A program made the translations under genes and the position numbers. The notes beneath the pieces were generated by a model. The model searched no databases. It had not been told where the DNA came from and saw only the letters and a list, made by a program, of their open reading frames with translations. 64,000 nucleotides of DNA from Candidatus Uhrbacteria bacterium (GTDB lineage Bacteria; Patescibacteriota; Patescibacteriia; UBA9934; GWF2-40-263), in NCBI GenBank assembly GCA_026395055.1, contig JAPLZK010000004.1, positions 209,432 through 273,431 of the forward strand, written 5' to 3'. Shown piece after piece: positions 56,332 through 64,000 of the stretch (position 1 is its first letter; each line of letters begins with the position of its first letter).

Positions 56332-57384
56332 ATGAAAAAGACCGTTGAATCAACTCTGCAAGGTCAGTCAGATAAAGTCTGTGATCAAATCGCAGACGCT
56401 ATTGTAGATGAATACCTTCGTCGTGATCCTGAAGCGCGTGTAGATGTAAACGTGATGGGTTCTCACGGGATGGTTATGATTGGCGGAGAAGTAACATCCA
56501 CAGCAGATTTTGATGTTGGGGCTATTGCAAAAAAGGTTTATACCGAAATTGGATATACCGATGAAATAGAAGTCTTCACAAATATTGAAGAACAATCCCC
56601 AGAAATGAAACGTGCACTGCATGGATCACAAGATACGGTTGTCATAAACGGATACGCCACACATGAGACACGAGAGCGTCTCCCTCGTGGATTGGTTTTT
56701 GCGCACAACATCGCGCGCCGGATTGATGATCTGCGCAAAATGGATCCGTCGTTTTCTTGGTTACGACCTGATGGAAAAGTACAGATCATGACAGAAAAAG
56801 ATCAGGTTGTTGGTGTGACCATTCTTGCGTCACATCATTTGAATATAAAAGATCAGGAAGTAAAGACAGCCATTCTTGAACGTGTTGTCGTTCCTCTACT
56901 TGGTGAAGGGATTCAAATTTTTATTAATCCTATTGGGGTATTTACAGATGTTTGTTTTCGATCAGACTCTGGGGTGAGTGGGCACAAGACGCACGTAGAT
57001 ACGTACGGAGGACTCATTCCCCACGGTGACGCGGTTATGATTGGAAAAGATCCAAGACGTGTTGAACGCGCGGGGGCCTACATGGCGCGTGCGGCAGCAA
57101 AATATCTTGTGGATCAAGATTTAGTGCAATCGGCGATGGTGCAAGCGGTTTATACCCTTGGTCGGTCAGAGCCGATTCATCTTCATGTCGTTGGAATGGG
57201 GGAAAAATCCAGAGGATCAAAGATTGATTTTACAAATCTCATCAAACAGCAATTTGATTTTCGGTCTGAAGCGATCGTTGAGCGGCTGGGCTTACTTAAA
57301 CCCATCTATCAATCTGCAGCCGTCTACGGAAGTTTTGGAAGAGAAGGATTTCCTTGGGAGAGTCAGAAAGAAGATCTGACTTGA
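56332..57384 (+). CDS. metK: S-adenosylmethionine synthetase
   Basis: SDKVCDQIADAIVDEYL...GGEVTS and DP.RVERAGAYMAR MetK motifs. Confidence 0.88.
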   Translation: MKKTVESTLQGQSDKVCDQIADAIVDEYLRRDPEARVDVNVMGSHGMVMIGGEVTSTADFDVGAIAKKVYTEIGYTDEIEVFTNIEEQSPEMKRALHGSQDTVVINGYATHETRERLPRGLVFAHNIARRIDDLRKMDPSFSWLRPDGKVQIMTEKDQVVGVTILASHHLNIKDQEVKTAILERVVVPLLGEGIQIFINPIGVFTDVCFRSDSGVSGHKTHVDTYGGLIPHGDAVMIGKDPRRVERAGAYMARAAAKYLVDQDLVQSAMVQAVYTLGRSEPIHLHVVGMGEKSRGSKIDFTNLIKQQFDFRSEAIVERLGLLKPIYQSAAVYGSFGREGFPWESQKEDLT

Positions 57385-57414
57385 TGTGGCAACCTGTGTT
57401 AAAATACAGGAACT

Positions 57415-57882
57415 ATGGCACGGAGGATTCTTCAAACAAAAAAAGGAACGGAATCATTTTTGGTTCCTGTCTTGCTGTTCGTTTGTGCAGCAAGTTTTTT
57501 TGTTGTGTTTGCGCGTGCACCAGAGCATATTGTTGCCACGTCTTCAGATCGTGTCGTGAGCGCGGAAGGAGTTTCTCGCGAGGCAACAGCGGTTCAAATT
57601 TTGCGATTAACGAATGTAGAGCAATCCATTCCTCTTATGCGAGGCCCTGTTTATGAATTGTCTGTGAGAGGTGGCGGAGTTCTGACAGAAGCCGTGATTC
57701 AATATCGCATTCCCGCAAACATACGACCCTCGTCTTCAACTGTTTTAACACTCATCGCGTTTGATCCACAGTCACTGTCGTGGAAACCTATTCCAACGGT
57801 CATTGATGAAAAAAATACGGTTGCGCGCGCGCAAACTTCCGTTCAACAAACACTCATGATTGGTCTTGGTACAAAATTTTAA
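57415..57882 (+). CDS. hypothetical exported or membrane-anchored protein
   Basis: N-terminal hydrophobic segment. Confidence 0.5.
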   Translation: MARRILQTKKGTESFLVPVLLFVCAASFFVVFARAPEHIVATSSDRVVSAEGVSREATAVQILRLTNVEQSIPLMRGPVYELSVRGGGVLTEAVIQYRIPANIRPSSSTVLTLIAFDPQSLSWKPIPTVIDEKNTVARAQTSVQQTLMIGLGTKF

Positions 57883-57908
57883 AAGAGGTTTCCGTTTTCA
57901 AAAAAGTT

Positions 57909-57917
57909 TGTTATAAT
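57909..57917 (+). promoter_or_regulatory. extended -10 promoter element TGtTATAAT
   Basis: Upstream of the AAGGAGG SD and the ATG at 57957. Confidence 0.4.
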
Positions 57918-57956
57918 CTTTGCACAATTTAAGTTCTTTCTCTAAGGAGGAAATGT

Positions 57957-58400
57957 ATGGCAATCAAAAAAGCTGTTTCTACAAAAAAACCTGTAAAAAA
58001 AATGCGTGTTGAGCCACAGGTGGCAATTCCTGCGCTTGCATTTACTCCTTTTGTTGCAACAACAAAAAAGATTGGGGTGAAAAAAACGGTTGCAAAAAAA
58101 GGTGCGGCAAAAAAATCAACCAAGAAACCTGAGGTGATTGTTGTAGAAGAAGTCACCCTCGGTCCAACAGAATCTTTGAAACTTCCCATGGAAGTTTCAA
58201 AGGAATATGTTATTGTGCATCGTTGTACCAATTGTGAACATGTTCCATTTTCTATTACAAAACTTGTTACGCTCTTTTCTATTTTGATCATGCTTCTTTC
58301 TGTGTCTGTCTTGATTCAAGTGGGAACCATTGACCTCTCAAAATTAATTGCCTTTGTTTCGCCGGTTGCACAAGCGGCCTCTCATTTGGCGAATCGATAA
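57957..58400 (+). CDS. hypothetical protein: K/A-rich histone-H1-like N-terminus, C..C.H, C-terminal TM helix
   Basis: Perfect AAGGAGG SD before the ATG. Confidence 0.55.
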   Translation: MAIKKAVSTKKPVKKMRVEPQVAIPALAFTPFVATTKKIGVKKTVAKKGAAKKSTKKPEVIVVEEVTLGPTESLKLPMEVSKEYVIVHRCTNCEHVPFSITKLVTLFSILIMLLSVSVLIQVGTIDLSKLIAFVSPVAQAASHLANR

Positions 58401-58406
58401 TGTGTT

Positions 58407-59075
58407 ATGAAACGTCTTTCTCTTTTTTTGTCGCTCGCGTTACTCTTGCTCGTTGGATCTGGATGTGTTAAATCAAAGGATGCATCGTCTGATGTCACCT
58501 TTAATTATCCTGACCAAAAACCAGCAGAGCAAACAGCACCCGCACCAACAACACCTGGTGCCACAACGCCCACTTCTGCTCCTCTGGAAACAACCAAACC
58601 TATGACATGGACATTCCCTGGAAAACGTTCTGAGAAAGAAATCGCTCATAAACAAATTCGTCTCACAACAGACAAAGGAGACATTGTGTTCGAACTTTTT
58701 GCAGACACAGCCCCTCTCACGGTTTCAAACTTTGTGTATCTCACAGAAGGTGGGTACTACAACGGCCTTACCTTTCATCGTCGTGAAGAAGGATTCGTAA
58801 TCCAAGGAGGAGACCCAAGTGGAAACGGAACGGGTGGTCCTGGTTACAAGTTTGCAGACGAACTTGCAGATAAATACACCTACACGCGTGGAATTGTTGC
58901 TATGGCAAACGCAGGTCCTGCAACAAACGGTTCTCAATTTTTTATCATGCTCGCAGACGCTCCATTACCAAAAGCGTATTCCATCTTTGGAAAGGTGACG
59001 TCTGGAATGGACGTTGTGGATAAAATCAAAGTTGGAGACAAAATGACAAAAGTAACGGTTGAAGACAAAAAATAG
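58407..59075 (+). CDS. ppiB: cyclophilin-type peptidyl-prolyl isomerase, lipoprotein
   Basis: Lipobox LVGSGC and cyclophilin motifs FHR...GF.IQGGD and MAN.GP.TNGSQFFI. Confidence 0.85.
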   Translation: MKRLSLFLSLALLLLVGSGCVKSKDASSDVTFNYPDQKPAEQTAPAPTTPGATTPTSAPLETTKPMTWTFPGKRSEKEIAHKQIRLTTDKGDIVFELFADTAPLTVSNFVYLTEGGYYNGLTFHRREEGFVIQGGDPSGNGTGGPGYKFADELADKYTYTRGIVAMANAGPATNGSQFFIMLADAPLPKAYSIFGKVTSGMDVVDKIKVGDKMTKVTVEDKK

Positions 59076-59082
59076 TATGTAC

Positions 59083-59118
59083 ATCCACTCCGCTTTGGCG
59101 GGGTGGATTTTTGTTTTT
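59083..59118 (+). terminator. intrinsic terminator atccactccgc-tttg-gcggggtggat + T-run
   Basis: Strong hairpin and T-run. Confidence 0.65.
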
Positions 59119-59125
59119 AGTAAAG

Positions 59126-59134
59126 TGCTATACT
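59126..59134 (+). promoter_or_regulatory. extended -10 (TGcTATACT), 8 nt before the ATG at 59143 (leaderless)
   Basis: The only spacer sequence is agaggcat. Confidence 0.4.
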
Positions 59135-59142
59135 AGAGGCAT

Positions 59143-60408
59143 ATGTTCACGGTTTATCTTCCTTCCAGAAAATTCATGATCATCGCTGTTCTGTGCGTGG
59201 CGATTGTGAGTATTTTATTTGCCTCTATTCACATCGTTCGATCGAATCGGGCGCATGTCGTTCCCGTTGCTGCAACACCTGTTGTGACGGAAGTTCCTCC
59301 GGTACTAACGCCCGAGCCTCCGTCTACACCTCCACAAATTATTCGTGTCCCGTTGCCTCTTGAGGTGCGTGGAATTTATTGGACCGCGCTTACGGCTGCA
59401 ACAAAGCGCGGTGACGAGCTGATCGACTACATGCAAAAGACAGGGCTGAACGCGGTCGTCATTGATTTGAAAATGGATGACGGGGAATTAGCGTTTGCGC
59501 CACATGACAAAACGCTCGAACCATACGCCATGAAGAAACCTGCTATCAAAAATATTGATGGTCTCCTCGAAAAACTCGCGAATGATCACATCTATCGCAT
59601 CGCACGTATTCAAGTCATGAAAGACAATACGTTTACAGGGGAACATCCAGATTCTGGGATGAAGGTCGCTTCTGGAGGTCTGTGGCGCGATAAAACGGGT
59701 GCCGCATGGGTTGATCCTTCGGCGCCAGATGTTGCGTCGTATGCGCTTGCTCTTGCGCGTGAGGCATACGCGCGTGGATTTGATGAAGTGCAATTTGATT
59801 ATGTCCGTTTTGCTTCTGATGGAAAAATTTCCAGCATTACCTTTCCGTTTTATAACGGAACAGATTTGAAAGTAGACGTCATGAAACGATTTTTTGCTTC
59901 TGTCGGTGGGCCGCTTCGTAAAGAACATATTCCTGTTTCGTTTGATGTGTTCGGCCTTGTTTGTATGACAAATGATGGTCTTGGAATTGGTCAAAGACTA
60001 GACGGTGTCCTTGCGAGTGCAGATTTTGTGTCACCCATGGTGTACCCATCGCACTATGCACATGGGTTTCAGGGATTTCAGAATCCGGCAGATCATCCGT
60101 ATGACGTGATTAAGATTTCGCTTGATCATGCACTTGGATTGTTACTTCCTCCAAATATCGAGATAAGTTCCGTGAAGAATGCGGATGGTTCGGAGACAAC
60201 GTCAAAGAAAACAATTCCACCAACAAAAGAGGGGCTCGCTGCAGCAGCAAAACCACTTCGCCCATGGATTCAGGACTTCGATATCGGCGCGGTCTACACG
60301 GGCCCCATGATCGAAGCGGAAATAAAAGCGGTACGTGACGCAGGCGGATCCGGATTTCTTATTTGGAATGCAAGAAATGTTTATGAGCCGGCAAATTACG
60401 TGAAATAA
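59143..60408 (+). CDS. putative glycoside hydrolase (DUF4015-like TIM-barrel), N-terminal TM anchor and a Pro-rich linker
   Basis: GIYW...GLNAVVIDLK.DDG and YRIARIQVMKD resemble DUF4015 putative glycosyl hydrolases. Confidence in that assignment is low. Confidence 0.55.
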   Translation: MFTVYLPSRKFMIIAVLCVAIVSILFASIHIVRSNRAHVVPVAATPVVTEVPPVLTPEPPSTPPQIIRVPLPLEVRGIYWTALTAATKRGDELIDYMQKTGLNAVVIDLKMDDGELAFAPHDKTLEPYAMKKPAIKNIDGLLEKLANDHIYRIARIQVMKDNTFTGEHPDSGMKVASGGLWRDKTGAAWVDPSAPDVASYALALAREAYARGFDEVQFDYVRFASDGKISSITFPFYNGTDLKVDVMKRFFASVGGPLRKEHIPVSFDVFGLVCMTNDGLGIGQRLDGVLASADFVSPMVYPSHYAHGFQGFQNPADHPYDVIKISLDHALGLLLPPNIEISSVKNADGSETTSKKTIPPTKEGLAAAAKPLRPWIQDFDIGAVYTGPMIEAEIKAVRDAGGSGFLIWNARNVYEPANYVK

Positions 60409-60409
60409 A

Positions 60410-60432
60410 AAAACCTGACCGTTTAGATCAGG
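60410..60432. terminator. hairpin cctgaccgtttagatcagg with an A7 flank (terminator for the minus-strand gene)
   Basis: Overlaps the stop of the 60428..60985 gene. Confidence 0.45.
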
Positions 60433-60985
60433 CGAGGCGCAGATTTCGGTTGTATCTCTTTCCAGTGCAAAACTCGTATTTTTCCCAGGTGGGACAATTT
60501 GGGTTGTTGCACATTTCAACGAACTTCTTTTCGACGTCGACGATGGCCCCGCATTCGCAGGTCCATGTTTTGTGTGCTTGGACACCGTGATAGGTGTCGA
60601 ATCCGCAATGTAGCTTGCGTTGTTCGCGTTCGATCCACCAGATAACGGCTGAGAATAAGTCTTCGAAGTCCTCGTCTTTTTTGAGGAGTTGAAGATCGAA
60701 TTCGTGTCGAATGAACAGATCTGAGTCTGCGAGGGCGGGATGTTTCCGCGAAGAGTCGAAGTCTAAACGCGTGATCTTTCTTTGCATCAGGCCAACGACG
60801 CATGGGCGCAGTTTGTTTGCGAGTCCGTGCGGAAGGCTGTCGAATGTGGTCGTGAGCGCTCTTGGGGTGTAAAAGTGCGCCCAGTCCTTGTCGTGGAGAT
60901 CAGGGACAATGACAAGACGCACAGAAGGCGGGGGTGGGGTATAAACGCGTTCTTCACCAAATTCTTCTGACGCATCTTCGGACAT
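60428..60985 (-). CDS. hypothetical protein with a C-terminal zinc-ribbon (CEC...C..C) and acidic N-terminus
   Basis: 185-aa ORF divergent from the nuclease gene. No domain recognised. Confidence 0.5.
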   Translation of the reverse strand: MSEDASEEFGEERVYTPPPPSVRLVIVPDLHDKDWAHFYTPRALTTTFDSLPHGLANKLRPCVVGLMQRKITRLDFDSSRKHPALADSDLFIRHEFDLQLLKKDEDFEDLFSAVIWWIEREQRKLHCGFDTYHGVQAHKTWTCECGAIVDVEKKFVEMCNNPNCPTWEKYEFCTGKRYNRNLRLA

Positions 60986-61035
60986 GTCACCTCCAAAGAA
61001 GAACCGTTTGCAGAGTAACAGATGCAGAAAAAAAA

Positions 61036-61044
61036 TGGTATACT
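61036..61044 (+). promoter_or_regulatory. extended -10 (TGgTATACT), 9 nt before the ATG at 61053 (leaderless)
   Basis: No SD. Confidence 0.4.
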
Positions 61045-61052
61045 GGCACTAC

Positions 61053-62450
61053 ATGTTTCACAAAATTACCGAAAAAACCTTTTATCAGTACGTGAAGTGC
61101 CCACATTGGGTGTATTTTGATGTGCACGCAGATCGAAAACGTCCACATCATCCGCTCATGGAGCGACTTATTGATGACGGAATGATTGATGCTAGGCAGC
61201 GTGATGTTATTTCAGATCGTGAGGATGTCGCAGAAGTGATGGCAGAAGATCCAGATGAAGCGTTTAAACAAACGCTCGCATTTATGGCAGAAGGTCGCCA
61301 AACCATTTTTCATGGTGTGCTTGTTGATCGCCACTGGGTTGGACATCCAGATGTTCTTGAAAAGGTCGAGGGTGTCTCGCGATTAGGAAATCATTACTAT
61401 GTTGCTTGTGATATTAAGCGTTCACGCTATCTGCGCGATGAGTTTAAATTTCAAGGATGTTTTTACGCAGAACTTCTCTCGAAAATTCAAGAAGTAAAAC
61501 CGGTGAATGGATACGTGATCACTCCAGACAAAACGGTTTTGTCGTATCCGGTTGAAGAAATGGAAGCACAGTTTCATTTGAACTTGATGGAGATTGAAAA
61601 AATTATTGCAGGAATCAAGCCGGCACATTTTGTCACAACGGGGTGTAAACAATCACCTTGGTTTTCGGAATGTCGAACAGAATCGGAATCGTGCGATGAT
61701 TTGTCGCTTTTGAATCGTGTGTGGAGAGAAGAGGTTGTGGCACTTCACACATCAAATATCAATACGATCTCAGAACTTTCAAAACTTTCTTTGGCGGAAT
61801 TGGAACGTCGCGCGCCAAACGTGAGTGTTGCTCGATTGGAAATCATGCACGACCAAGCGATTGCGATTAAACAAGGGAAGCACTTCATCCGAAAATCCAT
61901 TGAACTTCCAAAAGCAGACATTGAACTTTACTTTGATATTGAAAGTGATCCACTTCGCGATTTTGATTATTTGTTTGGTGTGCTTAAGGTTGAAAACGGA
62001 AAAGAAAGTTTTCATCCATTCATGGCAGATTCCGCCGCACAAGAATCAAACATGTGGCTTGAGTTTTGTGATTTTATCGCACAGCATCTTGAAGCGCCTA
62101 TTTATCATTACGGCTATTTTGAACAAGAGGTTGTCAGACGATTTGCATCACGTTATGGAATTTCTGAGATCGTGCAAGAAGCGCTTGATCGTAATATGAT
62201 TGATCTCATCGAACTCATTCGACCGGCGATTATTTTTCCTCTCTCATTTTATTCGCTGAAAGATATTGCAAGTTATATTGGGTTTCACTGGCGTGCAGAC
62301 GATGCATCCGGCGCAAACTCTGTGATCTGGTTTGAGGAGTGGTTGTCCTCCAAGAGTCCAACAACTCTACAAAAGATTATGGAATATAACGAAGACGATG
62401 TTCTTGCAACGTGGAAATTAAAAGGTTGGCTTACTAAACACGCCAATTAA
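61053..62450 (+). CDS. putative nuclease: N-terminal PD-(D/E)xK Cas4/RecB-like domain + HhH + C-terminal DEDD/RNase-H-like exonuclease-like domain (TM0106-family-like)
   Basis: N-terminal FYQYVKCPHW motif, GVLVDRHWVGHPD, CDIK (the DxK step) and Q..FY. C-terminal YFDIESDP (Exo I-like). The start is taken as MFHKI. Confidence 0.55.
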   Translation: MFHKITEKTFYQYVKCPHWVYFDVHADRKRPHHPLMERLIDDGMIDARQRDVISDREDVAEVMAEDPDEAFKQTLAFMAEGRQTIFHGVLVDRHWVGHPDVLEKVEGVSRLGNHYYVACDIKRSRYLRDEFKFQGCFYAELLSKIQEVKPVNGYVITPDKTVLSYPVEEMEAQFHLNLMEIEKIIAGIKPAHFVTTGCKQSPWFSECRTESESCDDLSLLNRVWREEVVALHTSNINTISELSKLSLAELERRAPNVSVARLEIMHDQAIAIKQGKHFIRKSIELPKADIELYFDIESDPLRDFDYLFGVLKVENGKESFHPFMADSAAQESNMWLEFCDFIAQHLEAPIYHYGYFEQEVVRRFASRYGISEIVQEALDRNMIDLIELIRPAIIFPLSFYSLKDIASYIGFHWRADDASGANSVIWFEEWLSSKSPTTLQKIMEYNEDDVLATWKLKGWLTKHAN

Positions 62451-62451
62451 T

Positions 62452-62488
62452 GAGACCACCCCCAACCCCTCCTTTTAAAGGAGGGGAG
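62452..62488. repeat. REP-like hairpin element, copy 3
   Basis: tgaGACCACCCCCAACCCCTCCTTTTAAAGGAGGGGAG after the nuclease stop. Its AGGAGG may also serve as SD for the next gene. Confidence 0.5.
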
Positions 62489-62489
62489 C

Positions 62490-63305
62490 TTGAATCCTAT
62501 GAAAAAAAGAGATTGGTTCATTGTTGCGATCATTGTTCTTCTTGCGATTGGAACATTTGTGTATTTCGACCGTGTGCAGATTTTGGAATTTGCGCGTGAA
62601 CAAAAACGAGAAGTTCTCCCAGAAGCAATGGGATACGAAGAGGTGGAAACAAAAACAATCCCTGTTTCAACAAAGCCAGCTGCAACAAAAACAACACAAC
62701 CGTCTGTGTCTGTAAAAAAGATTGCGGAAGAACTGAATCTTGCGGTTCCATTTACTTCGCAAGCCCCAACGGGAAATTGGGCAGAGCCATACCAAGATTC
62801 CTGTGAGGAAGCGTCTGTTCTTATGGCACACGAATATTACGCAGGAAACAAATCAAAGGTGATTGATCCTGTGTCCGCAGAAACGTCTTTGCAAGAAATT
62901 GTTGCTCTCGAGAATAAGCTCTTTGGGTATTATATTGATACAACGGCTGCACAGACGGCGCAATTTGCGGAAAAAGAATATGGATACGCAAAAAGTGAGC
63001 TTATTTTGAACCCAACCGTTATTCAAATCAAAGAATATTTGAATAAAGGGGAGCCTGTGCTTGTGCCGGCGGCTGCACAGTTGTTAAAAAATCCGTACTT
63101 CACCCCACCAGGACCTGTGTATCACATGCTTGTGATTCGAGGGTATACAAAAGACAATAAGTTTATTACGAATGATCCTGGAACGAAGCATGGAGAGGCG
63201 TATCTCTATTCGTTTGACACAATCTTAAACGCCATGCACGATTGGGACGCAAAAGATATTCTGAGCGGGAAAAAAGTCATTTTGATCTTGCATCCCAAAA
63301 AATAA
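62490..63305 (+). CDS. hypothetical membrane-anchored protein, possibly a C39-like papain-fold peptidase
   Basis: N-terminal TM. VPFTSQAP....WAEPYQDSCEEAS resembles the catalytic-Cys region of peptidase_C39-like proteins. This is tentative. Confidence 0.5.
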   Translation: MNPMKKRDWFIVAIIVLLAIGTFVYFDRVQILEFAREQKREVLPEAMGYEEVETKTIPVSTKPAATKTTQPSVSVKKIAEELNLAVPFTSQAPTGNWAEPYQDSCEEASVLMAHEYYAGNKSKVIDPVSAETSLQEIVALENKLFGYYIDTTAAQTAQFAEKEYGYAKSELILNPTVIQIKEYLNKGEPVLVPAAAQLLKNPYFTPPGPVYHMLVIRGYTKDNKFITNDPGTKHGEAYLYSFDTILNAMHDWDAKDILSGKKVILILHPKK

Positions 63306-63307
63306 CT

Positions 63308-63781
63308 ATGGATTACATTCTTGGCGCAGCACTTGGTGGTCTTATCTCGTTTGCGTATTCCATTCCCGCAATCATTCTCGAGTTGATTGAGCGCGGTAAA
63401 TCAACCCTTGCGCCGCCTGTCATTACGGTCAAAACCATTTTCGGATATCCTATCAAAAAACAAGAAGCGTTTTCTGTTGGATTGTTGCTTCATCTTGTGA
63501 TTGGCATGTTGTTTGGATCGGTTTATGTGTTGTTCGTTGAGCGTGGATGGTTATTTGTTACACATCACGCCTATAAGTTTGATTCGTTCCTGGTTTATGG
63601 ATTTCTGAGTTGGATCTTTGTGAATCTCACAATTTATCCAGCGCTCCAAATGGGGTTGTTTGGTCGTCGTGAAGGAAAAGGGATTTGGCTTGAGACGCTC
63701 GTCTCCCATTTGCTGCTTGGGGTGACCATGGCTGGAATCGTCTTCTGGTTTCAACCGTTTTATTTTTCTGTGATCCGATAA
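63308..63781 (+). CDS. hypothetical polytopic membrane protein
   Basis: The start was moved to MDYILGAALGG. Four or five TM helices. Confidence 0.5.
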   Translation: MDYILGAALGGLISFAYSIPAIILELIERGKSTLAPPVITVKTIFGYPIKKQEAFSVGLLLHLVIGMLFGSVYVLFVERGWLFVTHHAYKFDSFLVYGFLSWIFVNLTIYPALQMGLFGRREGKGIWLETLVSHLLLGVTMAGIVFWFQPFYFSVIR

Positions 63782-63784
63782 ACA

Positions 63785-64000
63785 TGGAACCTGTCATTTT
63801 ACACGTTGCGGATTATTTATCGCTTTTAAACGAAGTTCTCCATGATCGCGTTCCTTCGAACGAGATTCTGATTGAGGGAGAAGTTTCTGATTATCGCGTC
63901 GCCCAACAAAAGTGGGTGAGTTTTGATTTGAAAGATGAAAAGGCAGAGGCAGTCTTGAAATGTTTTGCCACAACATGGCAGATTACAACGCCTATCGAGG
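63785..64000 (+). CDS. xseA: exodeoxyribonuclease VII large subunit, N-terminal fragment (runs off the window end)
   Basis: MEPVILHVADYLSLLNEVL......ILIEGEVSDYRV....W.SFDLKDE.A.L.CF matches the XseA OB-fold N-terminus. Confidence 0.5.

Overview
This is a 64-kb window of mostly housekeeping DNA from a bacterium with a streamlined genome. Local GC ranges from about 40 to 60% on 60-nt samples, and TGA is used as a stop codon, so the standard code applies. The organism is probably Patescibacteria (CPR)-like, but that is a guess from gene content only. Several mRNAs appear to be leaderless.

Major blocks in order:
- A GC-rich hypothetical pair, then miaB-miaA.
- A GGDEF protein and gatB.
- A tandem pair of paralogous membrane proteins flanked by GC-rich palindromes.
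- A dTMP/dNTP metabolism cluster: dut, thyA, a DHFR-like gene, a dCMP-deaminase fused to a DNPH1/Rcl-like dNMP N-glycosidase domain, dcd and tmk.
- A P-loop-kinase fused to a TtuA/NcsA-like PP-loop tRNA-thiolase protein.
- secE-nusG-rplK-rplA, gyrB, rodA/ftsW, and rplY behind an unusual array of 9-bp repeats.
- A DUF3048 protein, prmC, an 870-bp ORF-free candidate ncRNA locus, a sugar nucleotidyltransferase, prfA and rpmE.
- An ADP-ribosylglycohydrolase, queA, a YecM-like protein, a GST, an ABC transporter and ddl.
- rpsB-tsf and a glycolytic cluster: gap, a DoxX protein, pgk, eno, a GNAT protein, gpmI.
- nth, a PAP2 phosphatase, a cytidylyltransferase fused to a SEC-C motif, and mltG.
- A GC-rich divergent pair: a sigma-70 region-4-only protein and a 434-aa hypothetical.
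- uvrD/pcrA, a Nudix hydrolase, malic enzyme and an SOS-like cluster (dinB, lexA with GTTC-N7-GTTC boxes) sharing an intergenic region with metK.
- A cyclophilin lipoprotein, a putative glycoside hydrolase, a Cas4/RecB-like nuclease fused to a DEDD-exonuclease-like domain, a C39-like peptidase, and a partial xseA.

No rRNA, tRNA, CRISPR array or clearly identifiable mobile element was found.

The most interesting candidates are:
- The ORF-free locus at 25312-26187, bounded by a promoter and terminators.
- The two enzyme fusions at 10193-11095 and 11571-13166.
- The 9-mer inverted arrays upstream of rplY.
- The GC-rich two-gene islands at each end of the 47-49 kb region and at the window start.
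- A dispersed REP-like hairpin family present in three copies.
- A short ORF of 57 aa missing from the ORF track.
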